DNA of 64,000 nt from an uncultured Gemmatimonadales bacterium (GTDB taxonomy: Bacteria; Gemmatimonadota; Gemmatimonadetes; Gemmatimonadales; GWC2-71-9), in the NCBI GenBank assembly GCA_963798915.1, contig CAWCVB010000014.1, forward strand, positions 96,001 through 160,000, read 5' to 3'. Positions 41,785 through 52,800 of the stretch are shown one piece after another. Under the pieces are notes generated by a model. The model saw only the letters and a list, made by a program, of their open reading frames with translations. It made no database searches and was not told where the DNA came from. Each line of letters opens with the position of its first letter. Position 1 is the stretch's first letter. The position numbers and the translations under genes were made by a program.

Positions 41785-42852
41785 ATGGTTTCACCCATCT
41801 TGAGGCGGCTTGCGCCTCCCCTGCTGATGTTCCTCGTGGCCGCCTGCCAGCGGGGCCAGAGGCCGGACCCTGCCCCCGCTGCAGTCTCGGTGGCAAGCGA
41901 CATTCCGGACCTGCTGGCTACCATCGGCAGCCAGCCGATTACCATGGCTGACGTCCGCCAGCGGGCCGGAGATGAACTTGATGAAATGCAGGCCCGCTAT
42001 GAACGGGCCCGCTACAACTTGGTGCAGACGACCCTGAACCAGATCGTGCAGGAACGGGCGCTGCAGGCCGAGGCCGGCCGCCAGCACAAGACCGTTGACG
42101 AGCTGGTGGCGGATGAAATTGGCGAAGCCGTGGAGCCCAGCGACTCCGAGATCGGCGCCTGGTACAAGGCCAACCCCTCGCGGACCGGTGGCCGGGCGCT
42201 GGAGCAGATCCGGCCCCAGATCGCGGATTTCCTGCGCTCCGAGCGCCGCAAGGCGGCGCTTGCCCAGCTCAATGAACGGGCCACGGGTGCAGACAGCGTG
42301 AAGATCCTGCTGCCGCCGTATCGCCTGGTGCTGGACAATGCCCGCGCGCCTGCCCGCGGACCGGCCGACGCGGCGGTCACGCTGGTGGAGTTCTCGGACT
42401 TCCAGTGTCCCTTCTGCGGTCGGTTCTTTCCCACCCTCAAGCAGATCGAGCGGACCTACGGTGACAAGATCCGCATCGTCTACCGGCAGTATCCGCTGAC
42501 CAGTCTCCATCCGAACGCCTTCAAGGCGGCAGAAGCGTCGCTATGCGCCAATGACCAGGGGAAGTTCTGGGAAATGCATGACGAGATGTTCCAGGACCAG
42601 AGCCGCCTCGCGGTCCGGAACCTGAAGGCCTCGGCTGCGCGCCTGGGCCTCGATCAGCAGGAGTTCAACGCCTGCATGGATACGGGCCGGCACACCGAGC
42701 AGGTGCAGGATGATCTGGCCGCCGGCGGGCGGGCCGGCGTGACTGGTACGCCCGCACTGTTCGTGAACGGGGTGCCGATTGACGGCGGCGCGGTACCCTA
42801 TGAAGTCGTCGCCAAGGCCATTGATCTGGCCCTGGGCGGCGCGTCGCACTAG
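41785..42852 (+). CDS. DsbA/thioredoxin-fold oxidoreductase lipoprotein with SurA-N-like helical region
   Basis: Lipobox VAAC; EFSDFQCPFC active site; GVTGTP cis-Pro loop. Confidence 0.9.
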   Translation: MVSPILRRLAPPLLMFLVAACQRGQRPDPAPAAVSVASDIPDLLATIGSQPITMADVRQRAGDELDEMQARYERARYNLVQTTLNQIVQERALQAEAGRQHKTVDELVADEIGEAVEPSDSEIGAWYKANPSRTGGRALEQIRPQIADFLRSERRKAALAQLNERATGADSVKILLPPYRLVLDNARAPARGPADAAVTLVEFSDFQCPFCGRFFPTLKQIERTYGDKIRIVYRQYPLTSLHPNAFKAAEASLCANDQGKFWEMHDEMFQDQSRLAVRNLKASAARLGLDQQEFNACMDTGRHTEQVQDDLAAGGRAGVTGTPALFVNGVPIDGGAVPYEVVAKAIDLALGGASH

Positions 42853-42877
42853 AGGAAGCGCGACGCTTCGGGCTGCA

Positions 42878-44635
42878 CTACATGGTGGCGGGCACGTCGG
42901 CTGAACAGACGGCGCCCGCCACACCCGTTTCGCACACCCGGAAGATGTAGCTGTTCTGCCCCTTGCGGGGCGTGGTGAATACGAAGCTGCCGGGGTTTGC
43001 GACGGTGCCTGCGGCGGCGCCGTCCACGTACACCGTCACCGTGGCACTGGTGGCGCCGGTCCAGGAAAGCGTCGCGGTGCTGTGGCCTTTCACCTTCCGG
43101 CTGGAAACGCTGAGGAGCACGCCGACGTCCACCTGTCGGACGGCACTCGACGACAGGCCGGCGGAATTGGTGACGGTGAGACTGACCTGATACACCCCGC
43201 TCGCGGTGTAGCTGTGGTCGGATCCCGTCTCCGGCGCATCCACTGGCGCCGATCCGTCGCCGTAGTTCCACTGGCGCTGGACGATCACCCCACCCGGATC
43301 CGCGCTCGCGTCGACGAAGCTGCATGCCAACCTGCCGCATGTGTCCGTGAAGGCCGCGACAGGTGCAGAGACCACCGGATCCAACCCGGCCGAAGTCGAG
43401 TCGATGGATCCGGTTCCGGATGCCGTAAGCGAGCCGGTGTAGAGCAGGTTGCCATGGCTGGAGCCACCCTTGAGTGAGCCGACCCCACTGATGGCGCCGC
43501 TGGTGGCGAGGCTCGAAAGCGCGGAGGCCACGTCCTGGGCGGTGGCGTCAGGGTGGAGTTCCAGAAAGAGTGCCGCTGCTCCCGTGGCGTGCGGGGCCGC
43601 CATCGAGGTGCCGCTCATCACCTTGCTGGCCTGGTCATCGGCCATGCCCGCTGAGCGGATGCCCACTCCGGGTGCATACCAATCCACACAGGAGCCGAAA
43701 TTCGAGAAGCTGGCGGCCGCATCGGTGCTGTCGCTCGCAGCGATGGTCATCGCCTCGGCGACTCTGGCTGGCGAGTAGAAGCAGGCGTCAGTGGCGGAGT
43801 TCCCGGCAGCGACGCCTGCAGGAATGCCGGCGGCGATAACCTGCCGGACTGCGCTATCTACGATGGCGTTCGGACCCCCGCCAAGCGAGATGTTCATCGC
43901 CGCAGGCCGCGCTGCGTGGGCCATGATCCAGTCGAGTCCGGCCAGCACTGTGCTGGTGCTGCCGGCCCCCCGACAATCCAGCACCCGTACCGACACCAGC
44001 TGCGCGCCCTTTGCTACGCCATAGGCCGCGCCGCCGACCGTTCCCGCCACGTGAGTACCGTGGCCATAGCAGTCGCTGCCGTCCCCGCCGAGGGCGTCGT
44101 ATCCCGCCACGGCGCGCCCGCCAAAGTCCGTGTGGCTGAAGCGGATGCCGGAGTCGAGGATGTACACCGTGACTCCGCGCCCAGTGGCGCCGTAGGTGTA
44201 GTTCCCATCACGCGACGTCCGCTGGTCAATGCGGTCAAGTCCCCATGGCGCCGCCGACTCAACGCCACCGTCAGCCGTAAATGGCCGGTCCGGTTCGACC
44301 CGGCTCACGCGGGCATCACGAAGCAGTCCCGCGCGGGCGGCATCGGAGATGCTGCCCGCAAAGCCGACCAAGGCATCGCGATACAGGTACTGAGGCGAGA
44401 TACCATGTGCGCGCGCGACTTCGCCCGGGTCGGTCCTGGGCGTGAGAAGCACGACGAAACGGCCGGGGAGGGCGGATGCCGATGCCGCGGAGGCAAAGGA
44501 GGTGGAGACCTGATCGGTTTCAAGCGACGACGTCGTCGGCTCACAGGCAGTGAGCCACGCAAGGACAGCGGCAAGAGCGAACGGAGCGCACCGCGCGGCG
44601 ACGCGGTCGAGGCGCAATGCGGAGCTGGCGAGCAC
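42878..44635 (-). CDS. S8 subtilisin-like protease (aqualysin/proteinase K type) with I9 propeptide and PKD domain; lipoprotein
   Basis: WGLDRIDQ, ILDSG, HGTHVAG, GTSMAAPH triad; WNYGDG PKD motif; LTAC lipobox; GGGAGG and GTG start. Confidence 0.93.
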   Translation of the reverse strand: MLASSALRLDRVAARCAPFALAAVLAWLTACEPTTSSLETDQVSTSFASAASASALPGRFVVLLTPRTDPGEVARAHGISPQYLYRDALVGFAGSISDAARAGLLRDARVSRVEPDRPFTADGGVESAAPWGLDRIDQRTSRDGNYTYGATGRGVTVYILDSGIRFSHTDFGGRAVAGYDALGGDGSDCYGHGTHVAGTVGGAAYGVAKGAQLVSVRVLDCRGAGSTSTVLAGLDWIMAHAARPAAMNISLGGGPNAIVDSAVRQVIAAGIPAGVAAGNSATDACFYSPARVAEAMTIAASDSTDAAASFSNFGSCVDWYAPGVGIRSAGMADDQASKVMSGTSMAAPHATGAAALFLELHPDATAQDVASALSSLATSGAISGVGSLKGGSSHGNLLYTGSLTASGTGSIDSTSAGLDPVVSAPVAAFTDTCGRLACSFVDASADPGGVIVQRQWNYGDGSAPVDAPETGSDHSYTASGVYQVSLTVTNSAGLSSSAVRQVDVGVLLSVSSRKVKGHSTATLSWTGATSATVTVYVDGAAAGTVANPGSFVFTTPRKGQNSYIFRVCETGVAGAVCSADVPATM

Positions 44636-44883
44636 GAGGTCCTCCCGAAGGTATGGAAGCCTGGCTAGCAAGCGGGGTGCCCACCGGCCACCGCGATTGG
44701 CGGGGCGCGTCAAGCGATATGATCTGATGGAGTTAGCCGTACGTGAAGGAGCCCTTTTTCACCGAGCTGGCGCGCCACTGCAGCCGGTTGCACTGCGTAG
44801 CGCCGCCATAATCGCATCTCCCGGCGAGCCGGGGCAGGAGGGGCAGGATGGATGAGTGGGGCAGCGCAGAATTCGCCCGCCCT

Positions 44884-46434
44884 CTATTCCGCCCCCTCCA
44901 CTATCTGCTTGTAGCTCTCGGGATTCCACTTCGGCCGTGCGTCGGCATTGGCCACTTCCAAGCCCAGGAAGTAGACGAGCTTGATGATGCGCGCCTCCTT
45001 CTCGGCCTCGATCTTGTCAGGCTCATCGCCCGGGCCATGGTAGTCCTCGTGGGTCCCGTTGAAGAAGAACAGAATGGGCACACCCTTCCGCGCAAAATTG
45101 AAGTGGTCGGAGCGGAAGTAGAAGTTCTCGTCCGGCCAGATGTCGTCGATCGCGGTCATGCCAAGTTCTGGGTGCGCGATGTTGACGCGATTGAGCGTGG
45201 CGCCCAGATCCGAATGCTCCTTGCCAATGACGACAATGGTGTCCTTCCAGTTGCGCCCGATCATGTCCATGTTGAGGTCCGCGACAATCTGGGTGACCGG
45301 AACCGGCGGATGCTCGCTGAACCAGCTACTGCCCCACAGACCTTTTTCCTCGCCGCTGACGGTCAGAAAAATCAACGAGCGGCGCGGCCGCGCGCCGGGT
45401 TGGGTAAACGCCTCGGCCAGCTCCATGATGCCGGTAGTACCGGACCCATCGTCATCCGCCCCGTTCCAGATGCTGTCGGTGGAACCCTTCCGGGGCGAAT
45501 GCACCCCGACATGGTCCATGTGTGCGGAGAAGACGACATACTCGTGCTTGAGCTCAGGATCGCTTCCTTCCAGGATGCCGACGGTGTTCGGGGCGCTCAG
45601 TCCGCTGTCGCTGACTTCTCGAGCTTCCACCATCACCGTGAGACCGTCCAACGGCCGCACCACCGGAGCGGTTGCCTGCCGGACCGCTGTGACGTCAATG
45701 CCCGATTCCCGCAGCGGCGCGGCCATGGCCCCATCCCGGACCTCGATAATGGGGATGCCTTCGGGTTCCTCGGACGGCATGACCAGCCGGACGCGTGCGG
45801 TGTTCTCCCTGGCCAGTGCCTCCCGGAACTGGACGGAGTCGCGGTTGGACGCGAAGATGAGGGCTTGCGCCTTGGATTGCGCCAGCCGCTGCAGGATGAC
45901 ATTGGTTGCGGCAGGCACCGGATGGGAGTAATCGACCACCATGATCACGATACGATCGGTGGCCTGGCTGACGTCGAAGCTGGTGGTGTCGAGCGCGCCA
46001 CCGACCACGAGCGCCTTCCCGCGAAGCGATGCGGCCGGCATGGGGCCGTAACGCCATCTGGCATCCGCGGTGAAGTCAACATGCGCGTGCGCCGTTCCCG
46101 CCATGAAGCCGACGTGCGACTGCGCCGCGTCCAGTCGAGTGCGAACCAGCGGATAGCGCTGAAGGTATGAGCCGCTGTCGCCGCCTGGCTTGAGGCCGAC
46201 CCGTCGGAATTCGCTGGCTACGTACGCCGCGGTCATTTCCAGTCCGCGGCTGGGCGTGTCCCGGCCCATCATGGAATCATCGGCGATGATGTGGACTCGC
46301 CGGGCGACGTCCACCTCAGTAATGGAGGCGGCGCCCCGCGCGACAGCGGAATTGGGCGCGGCGCTTGTCATCTGAGCCGAGGCGGGCGCGACCGACGACG
46401 CGGCAAGTAATCCGACCAGGAAGAAGCTGCGCAT
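44884..46434 (-). CDS. M28-family aminopeptidase with PA-like insert
   Basis: Signal peptide; SAHMDH, GADDDGSG, GEEKGLWGS, NMDMIG, RSDH, DYH. Confidence 0.92.
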   Translation of the reverse strand: MRSFFLVGLLAASSVAPASAQMTSAAPNSAVARGAASITEVDVARRVHIIADDSMMGRDTPSRGLEMTAAYVASEFRRVGLKPGGDSGSYLQRYPLVRTRLDAAQSHVGFMAGTAHAHVDFTADARWRYGPMPAASLRGKALVVGGALDTTSFDVSQATDRIVIMVVDYSHPVPAATNVILQRLAQSKAQALIFASNRDSVQFREALARENTARVRLVMPSEEPEGIPIIEVRDGAMAAPLRESGIDVTAVRQATAPVVRPLDGLTVMVEAREVSDSGLSAPNTVGILEGSDPELKHEYVVFSAHMDHVGVHSPRKGSTDSIWNGADDDGSGTTGIMELAEAFTQPGARPRRSLIFLTVSGEEKGLWGSSWFSEHPPVPVTQIVADLNMDMIGRNWKDTIVVIGKEHSDLGATLNRVNIAHPELGMTAIDDIWPDENFYFRSDHFNFARKGVPILFFFNGTHEDYHGPGDEPDKIEAEKEARIIKLVYFLGLEVANADARPKWNPESYKQIVEGAE

Positions 46435-46538
46435 GAGTCCTCGGGGAAATGATGGTCCCTGCGTGGGGACAGGATCGGCTGGAAGAGAAGGGCCGCCCCG
46501 CAAAGCTACGAGGCGGCCCGGATCGCGGTTTCAGCGGG

Positions 46539-46826
46539 TCAGGCGTCGGGCTTCCGGCGCTTGAGTTCGGGTTCGCCGGTGCTCCGCGGCTCCTGACGCG
46601 GGGGCGGGGAAGCACGCCGTGGCTCCTGGCGGGTGGCACGCGGCGGTGCCTCCTGGCGGGGCTTCGGCTGCGCAGCAGGCCTCGCGCCCTCGCTCGGCTC
46701 CGCCCGGGCCGGCTGTTCCCGCTGTCCGGCCGGAGCTGCCTCCGGCGAGGGCTGCTGTGCGGCGGCCAGCCCGGGTGCTGCAAAGAGGAGCACTGCTGCG
46801 GCGGCCAACGCCGTAATGCGCACCAA
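46539..46826 (-). CDS. Small secreted Pro/Glu/Arg-rich hypothetical protein
   Basis: -10 TATATT near 46865, GGGAGG RBS, TTG/GTG start, signal peptide ending AAA, downstream hairpin ~46490-46520. Confidence 0.6.
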   Translation of the reverse strand: MVRITALAAAAVLLFAAPGLAAAQQPSPEAAPAGQREQPARAEPSEGARPAAQPKPRQEAPPRATRQEPRRASPPPRQEPRSTGEPELKRRKPDA

Positions 46827-46890
46827 TGAAACCTCCCAGACGGATGAGTCGTAGCGCAGACCAATATAGCGTTGCAGGGGTTGTGCCAGA

Positions 46891-47070
46891 GCGGGCAAGG
46901 CCGGCCGGGCGGGCGGGACGGCCGGGAGGTCGTGTGTCGCAGGTCGCAGTGTCACCCTGAGCGAGCAACCCGAGCGACGGGGCAGACCGCGCCGGGCCTT
47001 TCGGCTCCTTCGGTCGCTCCGCCTCCTGAGGCTGGCAACCTGCCCGTCCCACCCGCCCTGCCCGTCTTGC
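46891..47070. repeat. Composite intergenic element: imperfect inverted arms enclosing a degenerate REP-like pair
   Basis: Arms ~46891-46930 and 47038-47070; TGTCACCCTGAGCGAGC (46950-46966) and CTCCTTCGGTCGCTC...GAGGCTGGCA (47005-47037). Confidence 0.55.
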
Positions 47071-47106
47071 TTTCCCGAAGGCACCATCGATACGTTGCGG
47101 CCCCTG

Positions 47107-48028
47107 ATGGCACATTCCTCCGCTGCGCCCCTCCGCCGCCCCGATCTGCTGGATCCTTGGGAAGTAGCCCGCCTTGGCGGCATCGAGGTCACCACCCGCG
47201 GGGTGGTCGAGGGGTTCCTGGCCGGCCAGCACCGGTCGCCCCGCCGTGGCTTCTCGGTCGAATTCGCTGAGCACAGGATGTACCAGCCCGGCGACGAGCT
47301 CCGATACGTGGATTGGAAGATTCTTGGCCGTAACGACCGGTTGTACGTCAAGCAATACGAAGAAGAAACCAACCTGCGGGCCATGATCGTGCTCGATGCG
47401 TCCCGGTCCATGGCCTGGACAGGTGACCCCACCACCACGCTGTCAAAGCTCGACTATGCCGCCCGGCTCGCCGCCGCGATCGGTCTCCTCCTGTTGCGCC
47501 AGCGCGACGCCGCAGGACTGGTGGCCTTCGACGACGAGGTGCGGCAGGTGGTGCCGCCGCGCGCGCGAACCTCGCATTGGCAGCAACTGGTCGCGGCCCT
47601 GGCGGAACTCCGGCCCGGCGCAGGGCACGGCCGCCGGCCCGGCCTTGGCGCGGGTCATGGATTTCCTTCGACGCCGGGGCATGGTGATCTTCATTTCGGA
47701 CCTCCTGCTGGACCGGGATCTCGCCATGTCGGCGTTGCGCTTTCTGCGTCATCGCGGCCATCAGGTGCTGGTCCTCCACATCATGGATCCCGCCGAGCTT
47801 CATCTCGGCGGACCGGCGGAGGCCCGTTTTGAAGATCCTGAGTCGCACCAGTCCGTCGTACTTCGTCCTGCCGACTGGGCCGAGGCCTATGCGCAGACCA
47901 TACGGCGCGTGACCCATGACTGGACCGTGGCCTGCCGCCAGTTCGGCATCGCCTATCATCAGGTGCTCACCAACCGACCGTTCGGGGATGCCCTGCGGGA
48001 GGCGCTCGCCGCGCCGCGTGGAGCATGA
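47107..48028 (+). CDS. DUF58-family (vWA-like, MoxR-associated) protein, frameshifted near 47615-47625
   Basis: G.HRS...GFSVEFAEHR.Y.PGD..R.VDWK, KQYEEETN, LDASRSM; C-terminal FISD...LRHRGHQV.V.HI.DP.E in another frame. Confidence 0.88.
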
Positions 48029-49809
48029 TCGGCTTTCTCCATCCCTGGATGCTGGCCGCCCTGCCGGCCGTGACGCTTCCGTTCCTGCTGCACCTGCTTG
48101 CCCGGCGGGAACCCCCCACCGTCGCGTTTCCTGCTGTCCGCTATCTCCGCTCCGCCACGGCCGAACACCAGCGCCGGCTTCGGCTCCAGCACTGGCTGCT
48201 TCTGCTCCTACGCATGCTGCTGGTCCTCGCGCTGGTGCTGGCGGCGGCTGCGCCCACGGCATCCATACTGGGGGCGCCGGGCCATGCGCCAAGCGCCCTG
48301 GTGATCATTCTCGACAACAGCGCCAGCAGCGGCGCGGTCACGGGCGGCACGCCCCGTCTCGAGCGGCTGGTGGCGGCGGCACGCGCTGCGCTTTCACGCG
48401 CCACGACGGATGACGCGCTCTGGCTCCTGTTGGCTGACGGGCGCGCTCGACGGGGCGACCCACGCCAGCTGCAGACCATCCTCGACAGCGTAGCTGTGCT
48501 GCCCCTCCGGCTCGATCTTGGGGTCGCCATCAGCGAGGGCGACCAGATCCTGGAGGCACAACGCCGTCCCGGTGAGTTGATGGTGCTGTCAGATCTTCAG
48601 GCCTCGGCGTTGAGCCAGGCCCACCAGCGGGCTCCGCTCCTCGTGGCGCGACCGCCGGAGACTCCGCCCGTCAATCGCGGCGTCGCCGCGCTTGTCGCCA
48701 GTGCACAACCCTGGAGCAGTGACGGCGGGCGGTTGGTCGTATCGGTGACCGGTGATTCCTCCGGGCCAGTAGCGGTGGCCGCTCGTCTGGGCGACCGTCC
48801 CCCGCGCGAGTCGCTCGTGCGTCCCGGTGACAGCGTCAGCGTTACGCTGGCCGCGCCGTCGGAAGGCTGGTACGTGGCGAGCGCCGCATTGGCGCCCGAC
48901 GAATTCCGGTTGGACGACCGCCGGGAAACGCTGGTCCGGGTCGCAGCGGTGGCCTCGGCCAGCTGCGACGAATCGGATCGCTACCTCGAAGCCGCCTGTG
49001 AGGTGCTTCGCCAGAATCGGCGAATCAGGGCTGGCGACAGTATCACGATTGGACGACCGGGTGCTGGGGCGTCAATCATCATGCCGCCGGCTGATGCAGC
49101 GGAAATGGGCGCGCTCAACCGCGAGCTGGCTCGGCGGGGAAGCCAATGGCGCTACGGCCAGCTCAGGCTTGATGCGACAACCACCGACAGCGGCCCGCTG
49201 CTGGGACGGCACCCAGTGAGTCGGCGCTACCAGCTGGTCAGCACCGGCAGTGGTCGCACGGGGGTGCTGGTTTCGGCTGGCGGGGAGCCCTGGATGGTGC
49301 GGTCTGGCAACCTGATCCTGCTGGGAAGCCGATTGGACCCGGACTGGACCGGTCTGCCGCTCGCAGCGGGGTTCATGCCCTTTCTGGATGGGCTCATCAA
49401 TCGGGTGGCGCGCGGCGGCGTTGCCCTGATTGACGGGGATGCCGGCAAACCGTCAGCCTTGCCGGATCAGGTCACGGAAGTGCGACGCGGGACACGGCAC
49501 TGGAAGGTGGATGGCGGCGACTTTTTTACGCCCGGAGACGTGGGCGTCTACTTCCTGCTGACCGATCGCGACACGGTTGGGGCGCTGGTGGCTGGGATCG
49601 ATCGGCGTGAGTCCGCGCTTCAGCCAGCGGATGCGGCCATGGTGCATCGGCTCTGGCCCGGCGCCCGCCTGCTGACACTTGATGAGGCCGGTGACGCCGC
49701 GTTCTCGTCGGCCGCACGCGCCGACCTGCGTGGTCCGCTCCTCTGGGTGGCACTCGCCGCCGGACTGGGTGAGGTGCTTCTGGCGAGCACCCAAAGAAAG
49801 AAGGCATGA
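48025..49809 (+). CDS. BatA-domain/vWA membrane protein
   Basis: FLHP..L......P.LLHL...FP...L BatA N-terminus; ILDNSASS; LSDLQ; C-terminal TM. Confidence 0.8.
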   Translation: MIGFLHPWMLAALPAVTLPFLLHLLARREPPTVAFPAVRYLRSATAEHQRRLRLQHWLLLLLRMLLVLALVLAAAAPTASILGAPGHAPSALVIILDNSASSGAVTGGTPRLERLVAAARAALSRATTDDALWLLLADGRARRGDPRQLQTILDSVAVLPLRLDLGVAISEGDQILEAQRRPGELMVLSDLQASALSQAHQRAPLLVARPPETPPVNRGVAALVASAQPWSSDGGRLVVSVTGDSSGPVAVAARLGDRPPRESLVRPGDSVSVTLAAPSEGWYVASAALAPDEFRLDDRRETLVRVAAVASASCDESDRYLEAACEVLRQNRRIRAGDSITIGRPGAGASIIMPPADAAEMGALNRELARRGSQWRYGQLRLDATTTDSGPLLGRHPVSRRYQLVSTGSGRTGVLVSAGGEPWMVRSGNLILLGSRLDPDWTGLPLAAGFMPFLDGLINRVARGGVALIDGDAGKPSALPDQVTEVRRGTRHWKVDGGDFFTPGDVGVYFLLTDRDTVGALVAGIDRRESALQPADAAMVHRLWPGARLLTLDEAGDAAFSSAARADLRGPLLWVALAAGLGEVLLASTQRKKA

Positions 49810-52800
49810 CGCTCGACCGGATTCTTGAGGCGATCGCCCGATCGCCAGGGGCGCTGGAGGCGCGGGAGCGCCTGCCGCAGCGTGGCGGACGGCTGGCACT
49901 GGGTGGGGCACCCGGATCATCGGGCGCTGCACTGCTGGCGTGGTTCGCCCGGGAAGACCTGGCGCGCACCTACTGCGTGGTTGCGCCCACGCCAGCCGAT
50001 GCTGAACGCTGGTTTGCCGATCTGTCGCTGCTGCTGGACGAGGCCGTCGGACTTTATCCCCAGCGTGAGTCACTCGGTGAGGACGAGGCTCACCTGGAAA
50101 TTGCTGGCGAGCGGGCTGAGACGCTGGAAGCGCTCCTTGGCGGCCGGCTTCGGCTGCTTGTCACGACGGTGCGCGCCACCCTGGAACGCAGTCAAGTCCC
50201 GAACGCCATTGCGCGCTTGCGCCTGGACCTGGCCCGCGGTGACACGCTGGCGCCAGGGACGCTGGCGAATCGCCTTTCGGAGATGGGCTATGAGCGGGTG
50301 GCGACCGTCACCGAGGTCGGGCAGTTCAGCATGCGTGGGGGTATCCTCGACGTATATGGCTTTGGCATGTCGACCGCTGCGCGGCTGGAGTGGTGGGGCG
50401 ATGAAATTTCTTCACTGCGAGGCTTCGACCTCACCAGCCAGCGTTCCGGTGAGGAGCAGGACCGGATCGTGATCCTGCCCTTGCGGGCAGCCCCTGCGGG
50501 CGAGCCGCGTTCGGATGGCTCCAGCGGGGCGCGGCGGGGACTGCTCGAATTGCTTCCGCCCGACACCTTGATGCTGCTGGAAGCCGAAACGCCTGCCGCA
50601 GATGAAGCCAAGCGTGCCTGGGACGAAGCGGCTCATCACCTGGACGTGGCGAGGCGGCTCGGCGACGACGTTCCGAGCCGGGAAGCGATCTTCGAGCCGC
50701 CCGAGCGCTGGCACGAGATGATCAGCCAGTTCGGCCGGGTGATCCTGCGGGCGGATGTGCCCGATGTGCAGCTGGGCGCGATGCCACCCGAGCGCATCGA
50801 GCGAGATCTGGCCCAGCTCGCCGCGCTCCTCCGGTCGGAGCCGCCGACCCTGATTCTGTGTGACAACGAGGGCCAGCGCGACCGCCTGGAGGAATTGCTG
50901 GACGAGCGCGGCGTCCACGCCAGCCTGGCCGTCGGAGCACTGGACGGCGGATTCGTCCTGCCGCGGCTGCGGATCCTCACCGACCACGAGATTTTCCGCA
51001 GGGCTCGCCGAGTCCGGCGAACCAGGCGCTACCGGGCGGCAGCTCCATCCCTCGCCACGGGACTCCTGGCTGAGGGCGACTACGTCGTCCACCTGGAGCA
51101 CGGGATCGGCGTCTACCGTGGCATCCAGACGATTTCGGTGGGGGAGAGCACGCTCGAAGTTGCCATCCTCGAGTACGAGGGCGGCTCGCGACTGAACGTC
51201 CCGCTTTATCGCCTGGACCAGCTCGAGCGGTATCGCGCTGCGGGGGAGGACGGTGATCGGCCGCCGCCCAAGGTCCACCGGCTGGGCGGCAGCAGCTGGG
51301 CGCGAGTGCGGGACCGGGCTCAGCAGGCCATCCGGAAGATGGCGGCCGAGCTGCTGGAGCTGTATGCCCGTCGCAAGGTGGCGGCCGGCTTCCCGTTTCC
51401 GCCCGACACGCGCTGGCAACGGGAATTGGAAGCGAGCTTCCTGTACGAGGACACGCCCGACCAGCGAAAGGCCACGGAGGACATCAAGCGGGACATGGAG
51501 CGTCCCCTGCCGATGGACCGGCTGCTGGTGGGCGACGTCGGCTACGGCAAGACTGAAGTGGCGGTCCGGGCGGCGTTCAAGGCGGTGCAAGGAGGTCGGC
51601 AGGCGGCCGTGCTGGTGCCAACCACCATCCTCGCGGAGCAGCATGGCCGCACCTTCGCCGAGCGGCTGGCCGACTATCCGGTGACCGTGGAAGTGCTTTC
51701 TCGCTTTCGGACCACGAAGGAGCAGAAGGACGTCCTGGCGCGGCTGGAGAAGGGCACCGTGGACATTGTCATCGGCACCCATCGATTGCTGTCCCGCGAT
51801 GTCCAGTTTCGTGAGCTGGGTCTGCTGATAGTAGATGAGGAACATCGGTTCGGGGTGCGCCACAAGGAACGGCTCAAGGCCTTCCGGCTTGCGGTGGATG
51901 TTCTCACCCTGACGGCTACGCCTATTCCCCGCACGCTGCACCTCAGTCTGGCGGGCCTGCGCGATCTCTCGCTGATCGAGACGGCACCGCGGGACCGCTC
52001 TCCGGTCCTGACCTTCGTGGAACCGTGGGATGACGCCCTGCTGGAAGAGGCGCTGGCGCGCGAGGTCGACCGCGGCGGTCAGGTCTTCTTCGTGCATAAC
52101 CGGATCGAGACCATCGAGACGATTGCCCAGCGGGTGCGACATCTCGCGCCGAGGGCGCGGGTCGGCCTGGCCCATGGGCAGTTGCCCGCCGACCAGCTCG
52201 AGGAAGTGATGCGCCGGTTTGTTGCTGGCGAGGTGGATGTGCTGGTGACGACGATGATCGTCGAGTCCGGCCTCGACGTGCCCAACGCCAACACCATGAT
52301 CGTGCACGATGCCCATCGGTTTGGCCTGGCGCAGCTGTACCAGTTGCGGGGGCGGGTGGGGCGGAGCCATCGACGCGCGTACTGCTACCTGCTGGTCCCG
52401 GACACGATCGATCGCGATGCCGAGGAACGGCTCAAGGTGCTCGAGCATCATAGTGACCTGGGTGCGGGGTACCGGATTGCGCTCAAGGACCTGGAGATTC
52501 GGGGGGCGGGCAACCTGCTGGGCTCGGAGCAGTCCGGCCATGCTCACGCGGTCGGGTTCGACCTCTACATGCGCTGGCTGGAGGAAACGGTTCGAGCGCT
52601 TCGCGGGCGGGGCGAGGAGGCGCCGGCGCCGCCCGATGTGGTGCTGGAGGCCGCGGCGCATCTGCCGGACGATTACGTGGCCGACGACGACGTCAAGCTG
52701 GATATCTACCGCCGACTGGCGCGGGCGGAGTCGTCAGGTGAAATTGATGGGCTTGGCACCGAACTTCGGGAACGATTCGGGCCGCTGCCGGAGCCGGCCG

